24,051 nucleotides of DNA, taken from contig JBHHYI010000053.1 in the NCBI GenBank assembly GCA_046757525.1, positions 1 through 24,051 on the forward strand, given 5' to 3'. A model generated the notes under the pieces. The model worked only from the letters and a program-made list of their open reading frames with translations. It did not search any database and had not been told where the DNA came from. Below are positions 8,064 through 16,327 of this stretch, one piece after another (the first letter of the stretch is position 1; the number at the start of each line of letters is the position of its first letter). Origin of the DNA: a bacterium (GTDB lineage: Bacteria; Zhuqueibacterota; Zhuqueibacteria; Oceanimicrobiales; Oceanimicrobiaceae). The position numbers and the translations under genes were made by a program.

Positions 8064-9952
8064 AATCGATCCGTTACAAACTGTGCTTTCTGCTATTACC
8101 CGTTCTATTCTTAGCCGCTGGTGATATCTGTCTTTCCCAGGAAGTGCCGCCGGTCCCCGCAACCAACGACACCTCGGCAACCGCAGAAGGGGACTCGCTG
8201 GTGAGCGTGGGCGGCAAGACGTCAGCCTCCTGGCAGGTCGGTGCCGAAGCAACTTCCGGGCTTGTGGCTGAGGACGTCGGGGATTACGTGCTGCTCATGC
8301 CGGGCGTGGCCAGTTTAGACCTGGGCAGCCTGGGACAATTCTCTCCCCTGGTCATGCGCGGAATGGCTCCTCAGCAAGGCAAGGTCGTTTTGGATGGGGT
8401 GCTTCTGGAAGAACCGATCTTCGGCTCTCTCAACGCCAACAACCTTCCCATCAATTTCGTCGAATCAATGACGTTTGGTAGTGCAGGGCCTCTTGCTCCG
8501 CTGGGAACACTGGCACCCGCTGGCGTCTTCGAAGTCCACACCTTCCACTCCTTGCTCGACCGGCCCTATTCCAAAGTCGTCTTTAAGACTGGAGATTTTG
8601 GCTACAGCGACATCGGCATAATTTTCGATTTGCCCTTGTTCAAAACTCTGTCGTTGTCCGTCAGCGGGAATCGCCAGGGAGAGGACGGATTTACTTTCAA
8701 CACCGATCATGTTGGATCGAGAATTTACACCCTGCTTTTTTACAAACCGAAGAAGAATCTTTCTCTTGAATATTCCGCATTCTTGAACGAAGACAAAGTT
8801 GAAGTACGTGCTCCGCTACTGCCGGATCTCACACCGCAAATTTTCAAGGGAAGAAGAAAAGAGACCCGGTCTGACCAGAATGTTTCGCTCAACCTTTCCG
8901 GGCTGCTTGGGAAAAATGACCAGTTGACAACCGACATCCAGTTCTCAAGAATCGAGCAAAAGTCGTTTGGAGACTCCTTGCTGTTCCGCATCAAAAGCTC
9001 TATTTTGGGATTTGGCACGCATTACGACCTCCGTTTCAAGCACCTGGCGTTTTCCATTGGCGGAGGCGTCCGGCTGTACGATCTGGACAGCCGCAAGTTA
9101 GGCGACAAAACCGAGACGATCCAGCATCTGTTCCTCAGCACCGCGTTGCGAGTGGCTGCAAGGTGGCGCCTGGGGCTTCAGGGGGTTCTGGTGAAACACG
9201 AAGACTACTCCGCGGCGGTCAATCCCGTGGCTCGACTGCAGTACCGTTTGTCTGCCGCAAGCGACCTCTGGGTGGGCGTCCAGAGGTCCAGGCGTTACCC
9301 CAGTTTTGCGGAACGCTTCTGGCCCAACTCTTTGTTTCTCGGAGATGCCGACCTGTCGGAAGAACGCGGCACCGCTGTTGAAATCGGATTCAAAACGAAG
9401 CGAAAGGGCCGCTTAGAGCTGCAAACCGCTTTTTTCAGACAACAAGTGGATGACTGGATTGGCCCTAAACGCTTCACCACGATTAAAGCCTTTGGGCCGG
9501 CCAATTTGGGCCGCCGCACGATGGACGGCCTTGATTTCAAGCTAATTTGGAATTACTGGACCTACGGCCAGTTTGGTCTGGTCGCTTCTTATTTGCGCGT
9601 CGAAGAGAATGCCTCGCAGAAAGCCTTGCAGGTTCCCGAAGCCTCGATTTACACCTACTTAGAGATTGGCCACAGTTTCTTAGAGCAATTCGTATTCATA
9701 AAACTGCGCCTGAGCGGCAAGTACTTTGGCCAACACGACGGCCTGGCGTATCGGAATGGTAGTCTCTTCCCGGAGGTCGTTCCAGTGGATGCCAAAACCA
9801 TCCTGGACGGCAAAATCACCTTCCAGTTCACAGATGCCCAGTTTTTTCTCTCCATGGAAAATATGTTCGACACGCGCTACCAACTGGTGCCCGATTTTCT
9901 CATGCCGCCCCGAGTCATGAAGTTCGGTGTCGAGTGGGAGTTTCTGGATTGA
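8060..9952 (+). CDS. TonB-dependent outer-membrane receptor (possibly BtuB-like)
   Basis: Signal peptide, plug motif PGV...MRG...VVLDGV, YPSFAERFW...LSEE, ENMFDTRYQ, and a C-terminal beta strand FGVEWEF. Translationally coupled to the S component. Confidence 0.8.
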   Translation: MKSIRYKLCFLLLPVLFLAAGDICLSQEVPPVPATNDTSATAEGDSLVSVGGKTSASWQVGAEATSGLVAEDVGDYVLLMPGVASLDLGSLGQFSPLVMRGMAPQQGKVVLDGVLLEEPIFGSLNANNLPINFVESMTFGSAGPLAPLGTLAPAGVFEVHTFHSLLDRPYSKVVFKTGDFGYSDIGIIFDLPLFKTLSLSVSGNRQGEDGFTFNTDHVGSRIYTLLFYKPKKNLSLEYSAFLNEDKVEVRAPLLPDLTPQIFKGRRKETRSDQNVSLNLSGLLGKNDQLTTDIQFSRIEQKSFGDSLLFRIKSSILGFGTHYDLRFKHLAFSIGGGVRLYDLDSRKLGDKTETIQHLFLSTALRVAARWRLGLQGVLVKHEDYSAAVNPVARLQYRLSAASDLWVGVQRSRRYPSFAERFWPNSLFLGDADLSEERGTAVEIGFKTKRKGRLELQTAFFRQQVDDWIGPKRFTTIKAFGPANLGRRTMDGLDFKLIWNYWTYGQFGLVASYLRVEENASQKALQVPEASIYTYLEIGHSFLEQFVFIKLRLSGKYFGQHDGLAYRNGSLFPEVVPVDAKTILDGKITFQFTDAQFFLSMENMFDTRYQLVPDFLMPPRVMKFGVEWEFLD

Positions 9953-10106
9953 CCGGCCTGCGAAGCACTACGCCTCACCCAGAAGTCAAGATACAACACG
10001 GATGCGCAGATATTCACGGATTGTGAATCAATAGTATTCCGTCACATTTCTTGCATCGGTCAGGCGCCCGACTGACAAAAGTGCAAAAAGAATTGGAACG
10101 CGGATT

Positions 10107-10268
10107 GTAACAGTTCACCCGATAGCGATCGTTAAGGATATTTATCCTGAACGTAAATTAATAGGGAACATCTGTTCTCGCAGCAGTCTCGATGGGGATA
10201 AATATCCCGACTTAATGTGCGTTCAGCATAAACATACTGAACGATCCATCTACGGCCTGAACTGTTAC
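10107..10268. mobile_element. 162-bp MITE, copy 2 (inverted relative to copy 1)
   Basis: Same TIRs as copy 1. 8-bp direct repeat CGCGGATT at 10099-10106 and 10269-10276. About 3 substitutions relative to copy 1. Confidence 0.92.
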
Positions 10269-10507
10269 CGCGGATTTAACTGATCCGAATGGATTAGCCC
10301 GACTAAATCTGTGTGAGGCAGTGGCTCCGAACCGAATGGCTCCTGAACCGTAAGAATAGTTCACGCCACAGGGTGTTGGCTGTTGTTACAGCAGTGATTG
10401 ATTCAGGGGAAGATTTTGGCCTTGTTTGTTGTTAGAGTTTGAGAAACACTCCCATGTCCTGCACAAACATGGATGCCAGAAGACTACAAACAAAATCGGA
10501 ATATTTC

Positions 10508-10536
10508 TTGACATTTACAATAAAAATGGTTATGAT
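10508..10536 (+). promoter_or_regulatory. Near-consensus sigma70 promoter of the hydrogenase operon
   Basis: TTGACA-17 nt-TATGAT in an AT-rich region about 170 nt upstream of the small-subunit gene. Confidence 0.65.
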
Positions 10537-10703
10537 TTTAGTAGATTACGCATCTCCTTGAAAATATTATCATCAACTCAGCAGTTAAATCCTTTTTATT
10601 CTATTTGCTCTTTTCAACTTAATTCTCCTGCCCTATTGGAATATTGGAGAGCCTGAAAAGCATGGCGGTGTGAGCATCTAATCCCATCTATCTGGAGGCT
10701 AAT

Positions 10704-11939
10704 ATGGAAACGGTGGAAGCTCCGGTTGCGGAAGTAGAAGAAGAAATAGTCGAAGAGACCAAAGAGGGAGTGGATTTTCTCACACCTGAACTCCAGGAAG
10801 AAGAATCCTTTGATTTTGACCTGGGCCCCCACAAAGTCATCCATGCGTTTTGGCTGGCTGGCATGAGTTGCGATGGTTGCTCTATTGCCGTGGTCGGTGC
10901 CACGCAACCCTCAGCCGAGGCACTTCTGAACGGGACGATTCCCGGTGTTCCTAAATTGATTTTGCACCATCCCGTGCTGGCTGTCGAGGCCGGCGAAGAT
11001 TTCGTTGCGAATTTCAGAGCGGCAGCGGCAGGCAAGCTTGACGCTCCGTTCGTCGTCATCTTCGAAGGTTCGATCCCTGACGAAACCATTGCATCAGCCA
11101 GTGGCGGCTACTGGTCCGGCCTTGGTGTTGAGGATGTGGATGGAGAGCCACAACCCGTTCCGACGGCCGAATGGCTCAAAAGGTTGGCTCCCAATGCAGC
11201 GGCTGTGATCGCCATCGGCACTTGTGCTACGTGGGGTGGAATTCCTGCGGCCTATGGCAATCCAACTAATGCCATGGGTGTAATGGACTTTCTGGGAGAA
11301 GACTATCGCAGTGCCCTTGGCTTGCCAGTGGTTAACATTCCGGGTTGCTCACCTGTCGGCGATAATTTCACTGAAACCGTAGCCGCGGTTTTGCTTTTTC
11401 TGCAGGGCTTAGGTCCTCTGCCTGAGTTTGACGAGTTGGGCCGCCCGGCCTGGCTTTTTGAAGAGACCGTGCATCGAGGTTGTACCCGTGCTGGTTTTTA
11501 TGAAGAAGGGACTTTCGCCGACGAATATGGTGCCAAAGAGTGTCTGGTGGAAATCGGCTGCTGGGGCCCGGTGGTACAGTGCAACATTAACAAGCGTGGC
11601 GCCATCAATCACGTTGGCGGCTGTATGAATGTAGGCGCCCCTTGCATTGGCTGCACCATGCCAAGTTTCCCGGATGGCTTTTCGCCGTTCTACCAGAGGC
11701 CGCCGGGCACGCTTGTTTCCTCTACCGCATCCAAGGCCCATGGCCTACTCATCAGAACTTTGCGCAACCATACCCGCTTTTTTCAGAATCGTAGTCGCAA
11801 TTGGGAAAAGCAAGGTCATGTGCCCAGCGGTTGGGGCCATGTGCGAGAGCCTAATGTTTTTGACAGAATAGGGCACTATTTTTATCAGAAACTGCAGTTT
11901 ATGGGCTCAAAACGCCCCGGGTCGAATCCCAAGAACTAA
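10704..11939 (+). CDS. hylS: [NiFe]-hydrogenase small subunit, probably group 1l
   Basis: GMSCDGC, FEGSIP, GTCATWGG, NIPGCSP, HRGCTR, CLVEIGCWGP and GGCMNVGAPCIGC Fe-S motifs. No Tat signal; acidic N-terminus. Confidence 0.9.
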   Translation: METVEAPVAEVEEEIVEETKEGVDFLTPELQEEESFDFDLGPHKVIHAFWLAGMSCDGCSIAVVGATQPSAEALLNGTIPGVPKLILHHPVLAVEAGEDFVANFRAAAAGKLDAPFVVIFEGSIPDETIASASGGYWSGLGVEDVDGEPQPVPTAEWLKRLAPNAAAVIAIGTCATWGGIPAAYGNPTNAMGVMDFLGEDYRSALGLPVVNIPGCSPVGDNFTETVAAVLLFLQGLGPLPEFDELGRPAWLFEETVHRGCTRAGFYEEGTFADEYGAKECLVEIGCWGPVVQCNINKRGAINHVGGCMNVGAPCIGCTMPSFPDGFSPFYQRPPGTLVSSTASKAHGLLIRTLRNHTRFFQNRSRNWEKQGHVPSGWGHVREPNVFDRIGHYFYQKLQFMGSKRPGSNPKN

Positions 11940-11965
11940 AACGCTCACCGTAATCGGAGAAAACC

Positions 11966-12262
11966 ATGAATGATGCCGGGTTGTTCTCTCAGTGGTATCT
12001 AAGCTTAGCCATTGCCGGCGGGGTCGTCTTGATCGCCGCTGGTCTGCTTGTCGCTGTCTGGTTGGCTGCGCGAAGGATTCTGAATCAGGCCTCTGCCGCC
12101 CTGGAATTGGTTACTCAGATCAAAAACAATACGCGGAGCATTTGGAGTTTGCAGGAGACCAACGCCACGGCCACTAAAATCCTGGACGCGGCGCAGTCAA
12201 TTAAGAATCACGGTGCGCAGGTCGCAGAGGCCCTGCACGCAGCAAATAAGGAAAAGGTTTAA
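11966..12262 (+). CDS. Single-TM coiled-coil protein 1 (HylTM-like)
   Basis: N-terminal hydrophobic helix, amphipathic tail and GGAG RBS. Confidence 0.8.
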   Translation: MNDAGLFSQWYLSLAIAGGVVLIAAGLLVAVWLAARRILNQASAALELVTQIKNNTRSIWSLQETNATATKILDAAQSIKNHGAQVAEALHAANKEKV

Positions 12263-12275
12263 CGGGAGAATGGTT

Positions 12276-12608
12276 ATGGAGACCGTCGCGAGTGAAGGCG
12301 CAAAACTAACCATCTGGTGGGCTTCCCTGGGAATCGGCGCCGTTGTCCTGGGGGTTGTCGCCCTGCTGCTTACCATGATCCGCAATACGGCGGTGAAGAT
12401 TCTGGATGGCGCAAGTCAGATTTGGACTCAGGGTAAACTGGTGGCAAACAACACCATTCAGATTCCCATATTTTTGAGCACGACTAATCGAGTTGTTGAG
12501 CAAATAAAAACCGAGGCAGTAGAGATTCTCGGCGCCGCCAGAGCTATCGAGCAGCATGCCGAGGGTTGTCCGGGCTGCCCAGAATGTGTTTTGTCAGCAG
12601 GAGAATGA
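12276..12608 (+). CDS. Single-TM coiled-coil protein 2 (HylTM-like) with C-terminal CxxCxxC
   Basis: TM helix and a HAEGCPGCPEC tail. Start chosen at the ATG spaced correctly from GGGAG; 12270 is an alternative. Confidence 0.8.
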   Translation: METVASEGAKLTIWWASLGIGAVVLGVVALLLTMIRNTAVKILDGASQIWTQGKLVANNTIQIPIFLSTTNRVVEQIKTEAVEILGAARAIEQHAEGCPGCPECVLSAGE

Positions 12609-12611
12609 GAC

Positions 12612-12905
12612 ATGTTTGTTTTATTGATGGTGCTTACCATGTTGGCTGCCTCAGCCTTGTTGATCGTTCTGATCTTCAATCTCTCGAGAATTGTGCAGGC
12701 GTTAGAGGGAATCGGTACCCGTCCTGATAGCTATTTGTCCAAGCTTCGTTTTGGTCTGCGGGCCATCGAAACTGAAACAGGGCATCTGCCCACCCAGGTG
12801 ACCACATTGAACCATGCCTTGAACACAATTTCTGAGGGACTTCAGGGCGTCGATGCACACCTCACCAAGACCATCGACGCAGTCCTCAAACAAGAAGGGA
12901 GTTGA
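12612..12905 (+). CDS. Single-TM coiled-coil protein 3 (HylTM-like)
   Basis: N-terminal TM helix and a tail paralogous to its neighbours. Confidence 0.8.
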   Translation: MFVLLMVLTMLAASALLIVLIFNLSRIVQALEGIGTRPDSYLSKLRFGLRAIETETGHLPTQVTTLNHALNTISEGLQGVDAHLTKTIDAVLKQEGS

Positions 12906-12908
12906 ACC

Positions 12909-13220
12909 ATGCCACAGGCCGTTTATATCCTCTGGGCGATACTTCTGGTTGTGGTCGTCCTCGCTCTGCCTTTCGTAGTCATGTTGTTGCATCGTACCTT
13001 CCGGGCCACCAGAAGCATTGCTCGCTATTTTGATGAAATGGAGACCGCAGGCTTCGGAATTGCAGAACACACGGGCAATATCAAGGCGCTTGAGGACACC
13101 ATAAGAATCGCAACTGCGATTCTTAACACCGCGGGAGATATCGACACCCATGCCCACACCATCGAAACGACTCTGGCGGCGCGGGCTGGCAAAATGGATG
13201 CGAATACACATCGAAATTAG
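12909..13220 (+). CDS. Single-TM coiled-coil protein 4 (HylTM-like)
   Basis: N-terminal TM helix and a paralogous tail. Confidence 0.8.
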   Translation: MPQAVYILWAILLVVVVLALPFVVMLLHRTFRATRSIARYFDEMETAGFGIAEHTGNIKALEDTIRIATAILNTAGDIDTHAHTIETTLAARAGKMDANTHRN

Positions 13221-13243
13221 AAAAAGTCAGGAGTACTGGAACC

Positions 13244-13519
13244 ATGTTACCAACCATTCTACTGTATGCGACTCTGCTGATTGTCGCCGTGTTGGTGGTT
13301 GTTTTGGTGGTCTATCTGATCGGAATTATTGTGGCTCTGCGCCGCGCAGGTAACCACTTAGCCGCGCTCGCCGGCGGCTTGCACAAGATTGCCGAGGACA
13401 CCAATCCATTGGCTGAACACACGAAGACGATCAATGGTGCTCTGGAACAGCTCTACGAGGGACTGAGTTCTGTCGACGAACATTTGGTAGGAATCGCCGG
13501 CGTGTTCAAACTAAACTGA
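13244..13519 (+). CDS. Single-TM coiled-coil protein 5 (HylTM-like)
   Basis: Long hydrophobic helix, paralogous tail and AGGAG upstream. Confidence 0.8.
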   Translation: MLPTILLYATLLIVAVLVVVLVVYLIGIIVALRRAGNHLAALAGGLHKIAEDTNPLAEHTKTINGALEQLYEGLSSVDEHLVGIAGVFKLN

Positions 13520-13549
13520 AGTGATAGCCGAATACTTAGCGAGGGGATC

Positions 13550-15424
13550 ATGTGCTTCAAGAATCTTCCCATTGAATTTGACGCCCAGGGCAACGCCACG
13601 CTGAAGGAAGGGGTGGCCGACCCTTATTCCTACAAAACCACAACGTTGAGTGACGAGCAAGATAAACTGAAGGAATTGCTCGCACGCAATGGCTTCATCA
13701 AGAATGTCGACTTTGATCCCGTCACGCGTGTGGCCGGGGCGTTGGCCTTTCACAGCGTTGTGGACTTGAAAGAGCGAAAAGTATTGTCTACCAACTCGAT
13801 GGCAACCCTTTTTCGTGGCTACGAGGTCATCCTGCGTGGTCGTGACCCCAGGGATGCCGCTTATATCAGCAGTCGCGCATGCGGCGTCTGTGGAGGAGTG
13901 CACGCGACGGTTTCTGCTTTAGCCATCGAGATGGCCCTGGGTATTCACCCGCCCCCTTTAGGCGTGCTGGTTCGGAATATGTTGCTGGCGATTGAATACC
14001 TGTACGACCATCCCCTGCACCTGTTTTTGTTGGCTGGCCCGGATTACTCAGAACAGGTGGTAAGCAGTACAAATCCTGGACTTTGGCAGAAAGCCCAAGA
14101 AACGGAAACCAGATTTCAACAATTTCATGGGTATAAAACCATTGCGGAAATCATGCGCGATTTGAACCCTTTGAGTGGCAAGCTTTACGTTGAAGCCTTA
14201 CAGATGACCCGTGTCGCGCGTGAAGGTTACGTCTTGATTGGAGGCAAGTACCCCCATCCGCAGACAGTGGTTCCGGGAGGGATAGCTGCTACGGTAACCA
14301 TCAGCGTCATGAATGAGTTGTACATGCGATTGCAAAAGTTTTTTGATTATTCCAGGAAAGTCGTCGGAATTTGGAATGATGTGTTTGACTTTTTCCTTCA
14401 GTCCGATGCTGAGTATGCCAAATGTGGTACCCGGCCTGCGACCATGGCAGACAGCGGCGTTTGGGATCGGCCCGATGTTTACGATGCTACTTATGAAAAC
14501 ATGGAAAAGTGGGGCAAAGCGCGTTGGGCAACCCCCGGCGTTTTGGTGGAGGGTGAGGTGGTTACAACGAGTTTGCCGTTGCTCAACACCGGGTACGAAG
14601 AATTTGTTGCGCATTCTTATTACGAGGAATGGAATGGACACCGTTTTACAAAAGATCCCCTTGGCATTCCACTCAGCCCAAATCATCCGTGGAACAAGGA
14701 GACCATTCCAAAACCGGGCAAACAGAGCTGGAGAGATCGCTATTCCTGGGACACAACCCCTACCTGGGACCGCATGCCCATGGAGGCAGGAGCTTACGCC
14801 CGGCTATATCTCACCGCCAAAGCGCAAGAGCTCCCAAAGAGTAAATTTCTCAGAGCCACGGGTCACAGTCTGCAGATTCATGTTCCCAAAGGCGAAATGG
14901 AAGGCAGTACTCTGGAATGGAAAGTGCCGAAAATCTGGAACACTTTTGAGAGAAACCGTGGCCGGGCTTATGCAATCGCTTACTCAGCCATGGTTTGCAT
15001 GGAAAACTGGATGCTGGCGATGGAACTGCTGCGACAAGGTGAGACCAAGGTCAGTACAAAGTTCGAAATTCCGAAAAAAGGTACCCGACTTGGCGCAGGC
15101 TTCTGGGGGGCCGGCCGTGGGTTCTTGTGCCATCATCTGGTCATCGACAATGGCGTGATTGGCAATTATCAAATCAGCACGCCTTCAACGCTCAATGCGG
15201 CGCCGAGAACCCCCTGGGGTGCACCAGGGCCCTATGAAGAAGCGGTCTTGAACACACCCATACTGGAAGAGTTTGGTTCACCGGCGGACTATAAGGGCAT
15301 CGACATCCTGCGGTCGATTCGCAGCTTTGACCCGTGCATGCCTTGTACTACCCATATTTTGGTTGATCACAGCGATACCGTTATCACGCGTGAGGTGACC
15401 ACTTGTGCTTGCGGTGTTGAATGA
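13550..15424 (+). CDS. hylL: [NiFe]-hydrogenase large subunit, probably group 1l
   Basis: DPVTRVAG, FRGYE, L1 SRACGVCGGVH and L2 RSFDPCMPCTTH followed by a C-terminal extension. The MCFKNLPIEFD N-terminus and the interposed TM genes fit group 1l. Confidence 0.92.
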   Translation: MCFKNLPIEFDAQGNATLKEGVADPYSYKTTTLSDEQDKLKELLARNGFIKNVDFDPVTRVAGALAFHSVVDLKERKVLSTNSMATLFRGYEVILRGRDPRDAAYISSRACGVCGGVHATVSALAIEMALGIHPPPLGVLVRNMLLAIEYLYDHPLHLFLLAGPDYSEQVVSSTNPGLWQKAQETETRFQQFHGYKTIAEIMRDLNPLSGKLYVEALQMTRVAREGYVLIGGKYPHPQTVVPGGIAATVTISVMNELYMRLQKFFDYSRKVVGIWNDVFDFFLQSDAEYAKCGTRPATMADSGVWDRPDVYDATYENMEKWGKARWATPGVLVEGEVVTTSLPLLNTGYEEFVAHSYYEEWNGHRFTKDPLGIPLSPNHPWNKETIPKPGKQSWRDRYSWDTTPTWDRMPMEAGAYARLYLTAKAQELPKSKFLRATGHSLQIHVPKGEMEGSTLEWKVPKIWNTFERNRGRAYAIAYSAMVCMENWMLAMELLRQGETKVSTKFEIPKKGTRLGAGFWGAGRGFLCHHLVIDNGVIGNYQISTPSTLNAAPRTPWGAPGPYEEAVLNTPILEEFGSPADYKGIDILRSIRSFDPCMPCTTHILVDHSDTVITREVTTCACGVE

Positions 15425-15431
15425 CGGGCCT

Positions 15432-15965
15432 ATGCGGCGTGTGCTTATTGGGACAGTCGGCTATCATAACTTGCGAGACTACTCGTTGGGCCCAAAACTT
15501 CTGCCCGAACTGGAAAGAATGAATTGGCCTGATGCCGTGACCGTTGAAGAGATGAACTGGGGTCCCATCGCCATCGTACAAAGCTTCCAATGTTCGGATA
15601 AGCCCTATGACCGTGTTGTTTTGATTAGCGCCCGGCCAAGTGGCCGTCCAGCAGGGACGATTACTTTGCGACGCTGGCTTGGGGGGCTGCCTGACGAAGA
15701 AAAGGTTCAGGCAAGAGTTGCCGAGGCTGTCACCGGCGTTATTAGCGTCGACAATCTTTTGGTCATTGGTGAATACTTTGGAATTTGGCCCCGAGAAGTC
15801 ATTTTAGTCGACGTTGAGCCTGGCAGGGAGGAAATGGGTGACTCCTTTACCCCAGAGGTTGAGGCGGTAATCCCCGAAGTTTTGAGAACAGTGCAAGGCG
15901 CCGCAACGGGAAATCTCGATTCACTTGATGAAGCATTGGTGACGATGCGCGGCACCGAACTATGA
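15432..15965 (+). CDS. Hydrogenase maturation protease-like protein (HyaD/HybD fold, divergent)
   Basis: VLIGTVGYHNLRDYSLGP resembles the G(V/I)GNxLxxDxGxG motif; also YDRVVLI and VILVDVEP. Confidence 0.75.
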   Translation: MRRVLIGTVGYHNLRDYSLGPKLLPELERMNWPDAVTVEEMNWGPIAIVQSFQCSDKPYDRVVLISARPSGRPAGTITLRRWLGGLPDEEKVQARVAEAVTGVISVDNLLVIGEYFGIWPREVILVDVEPGREEMGDSFTPEVEAVIPEVLRTVQGAATGNLDSLDEALVTMRGTEL

Positions 15966-15966
15966 G

Positions 15967-16314
15967 GTGTTGAGCAGGGCAGGTCTAATGGATGATTTTG
16001 AATACGATCAACTCGTACTGAGAATCAATGCGTGCATCGAAGGGTTCGAAAGTCTGCCGGATTCCGAAATCAAACAGGACGTGTTCGACTTACTCAAGAA
16101 TTTGGATTTGTTGCATCGAGAAGCCTTACAACGCATTCTGAATTTGCTCGAAAATGAAGTCCCTGGGCTTGTCGTTGAACTTCAAAAGGATTTTGTGATT
16201 CAGACCCTCTTGATTTTATATGAATTTGTTCAACTGGATGAGATGCCAAAGCCGACTCAAAACAACGGCTCATTCATTCCAATCGACAAGATCGGCCGCG
16301 GGACCGTTTCTTGA
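15967..16314 (+). CDS. Hydrogenase-associated helical protein resembling the N-terminal part of hydrogenase-cluster NifU-like proteins (no CxxC)
   Basis: LDLLHREALQRILNLL helix and a C-terminal SFIPIDKI. The start may be ATG 15988. Confidence 0.55.
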   Translation: MLSRAGLMDDFEYDQLVLRINACIEGFESLPDSEIKQDVFDLLKNLDLLHREALQRILNLLENEVPGLVVELQKDFVIQTLLILYEFVQLDEMPKPTQNNGSFIPIDKIGRGTVS

Positions 16315-16327
16315 GAGAGATGCCAAA

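Noticed and set aside
10558..10573. TGAAAATATTATCA Fur/PerR-like inverted repeat downstream of the hydrogenase promoter
   Set aside because: Spacing is not the canonical 7-1-7 and the region is AT-rich, so a chance match is likely.
10426..10656. 76-aa ORF upstream of the small subunit
   Set aside because: TTG start without an RBS, overlaps the predicted promoter, and has no motifs.
14313..15158. 281-aa alternate-frame ORF inside the hydrogenase large subunit
   Set aside because: Wholly overlaps a clear gene and has atypical Trp/Arg/Cys-rich composition with no domain signature.
13550..15424. [NiFeSe]-hydrogenase or group 1h assignment
   Set aside because: L2 is DPCMPC with ordinary Cys codons. 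L1 (RACGVCGGVH) and the C-terminal extension differ from the 1h pattern I know (RICGICGDNH).
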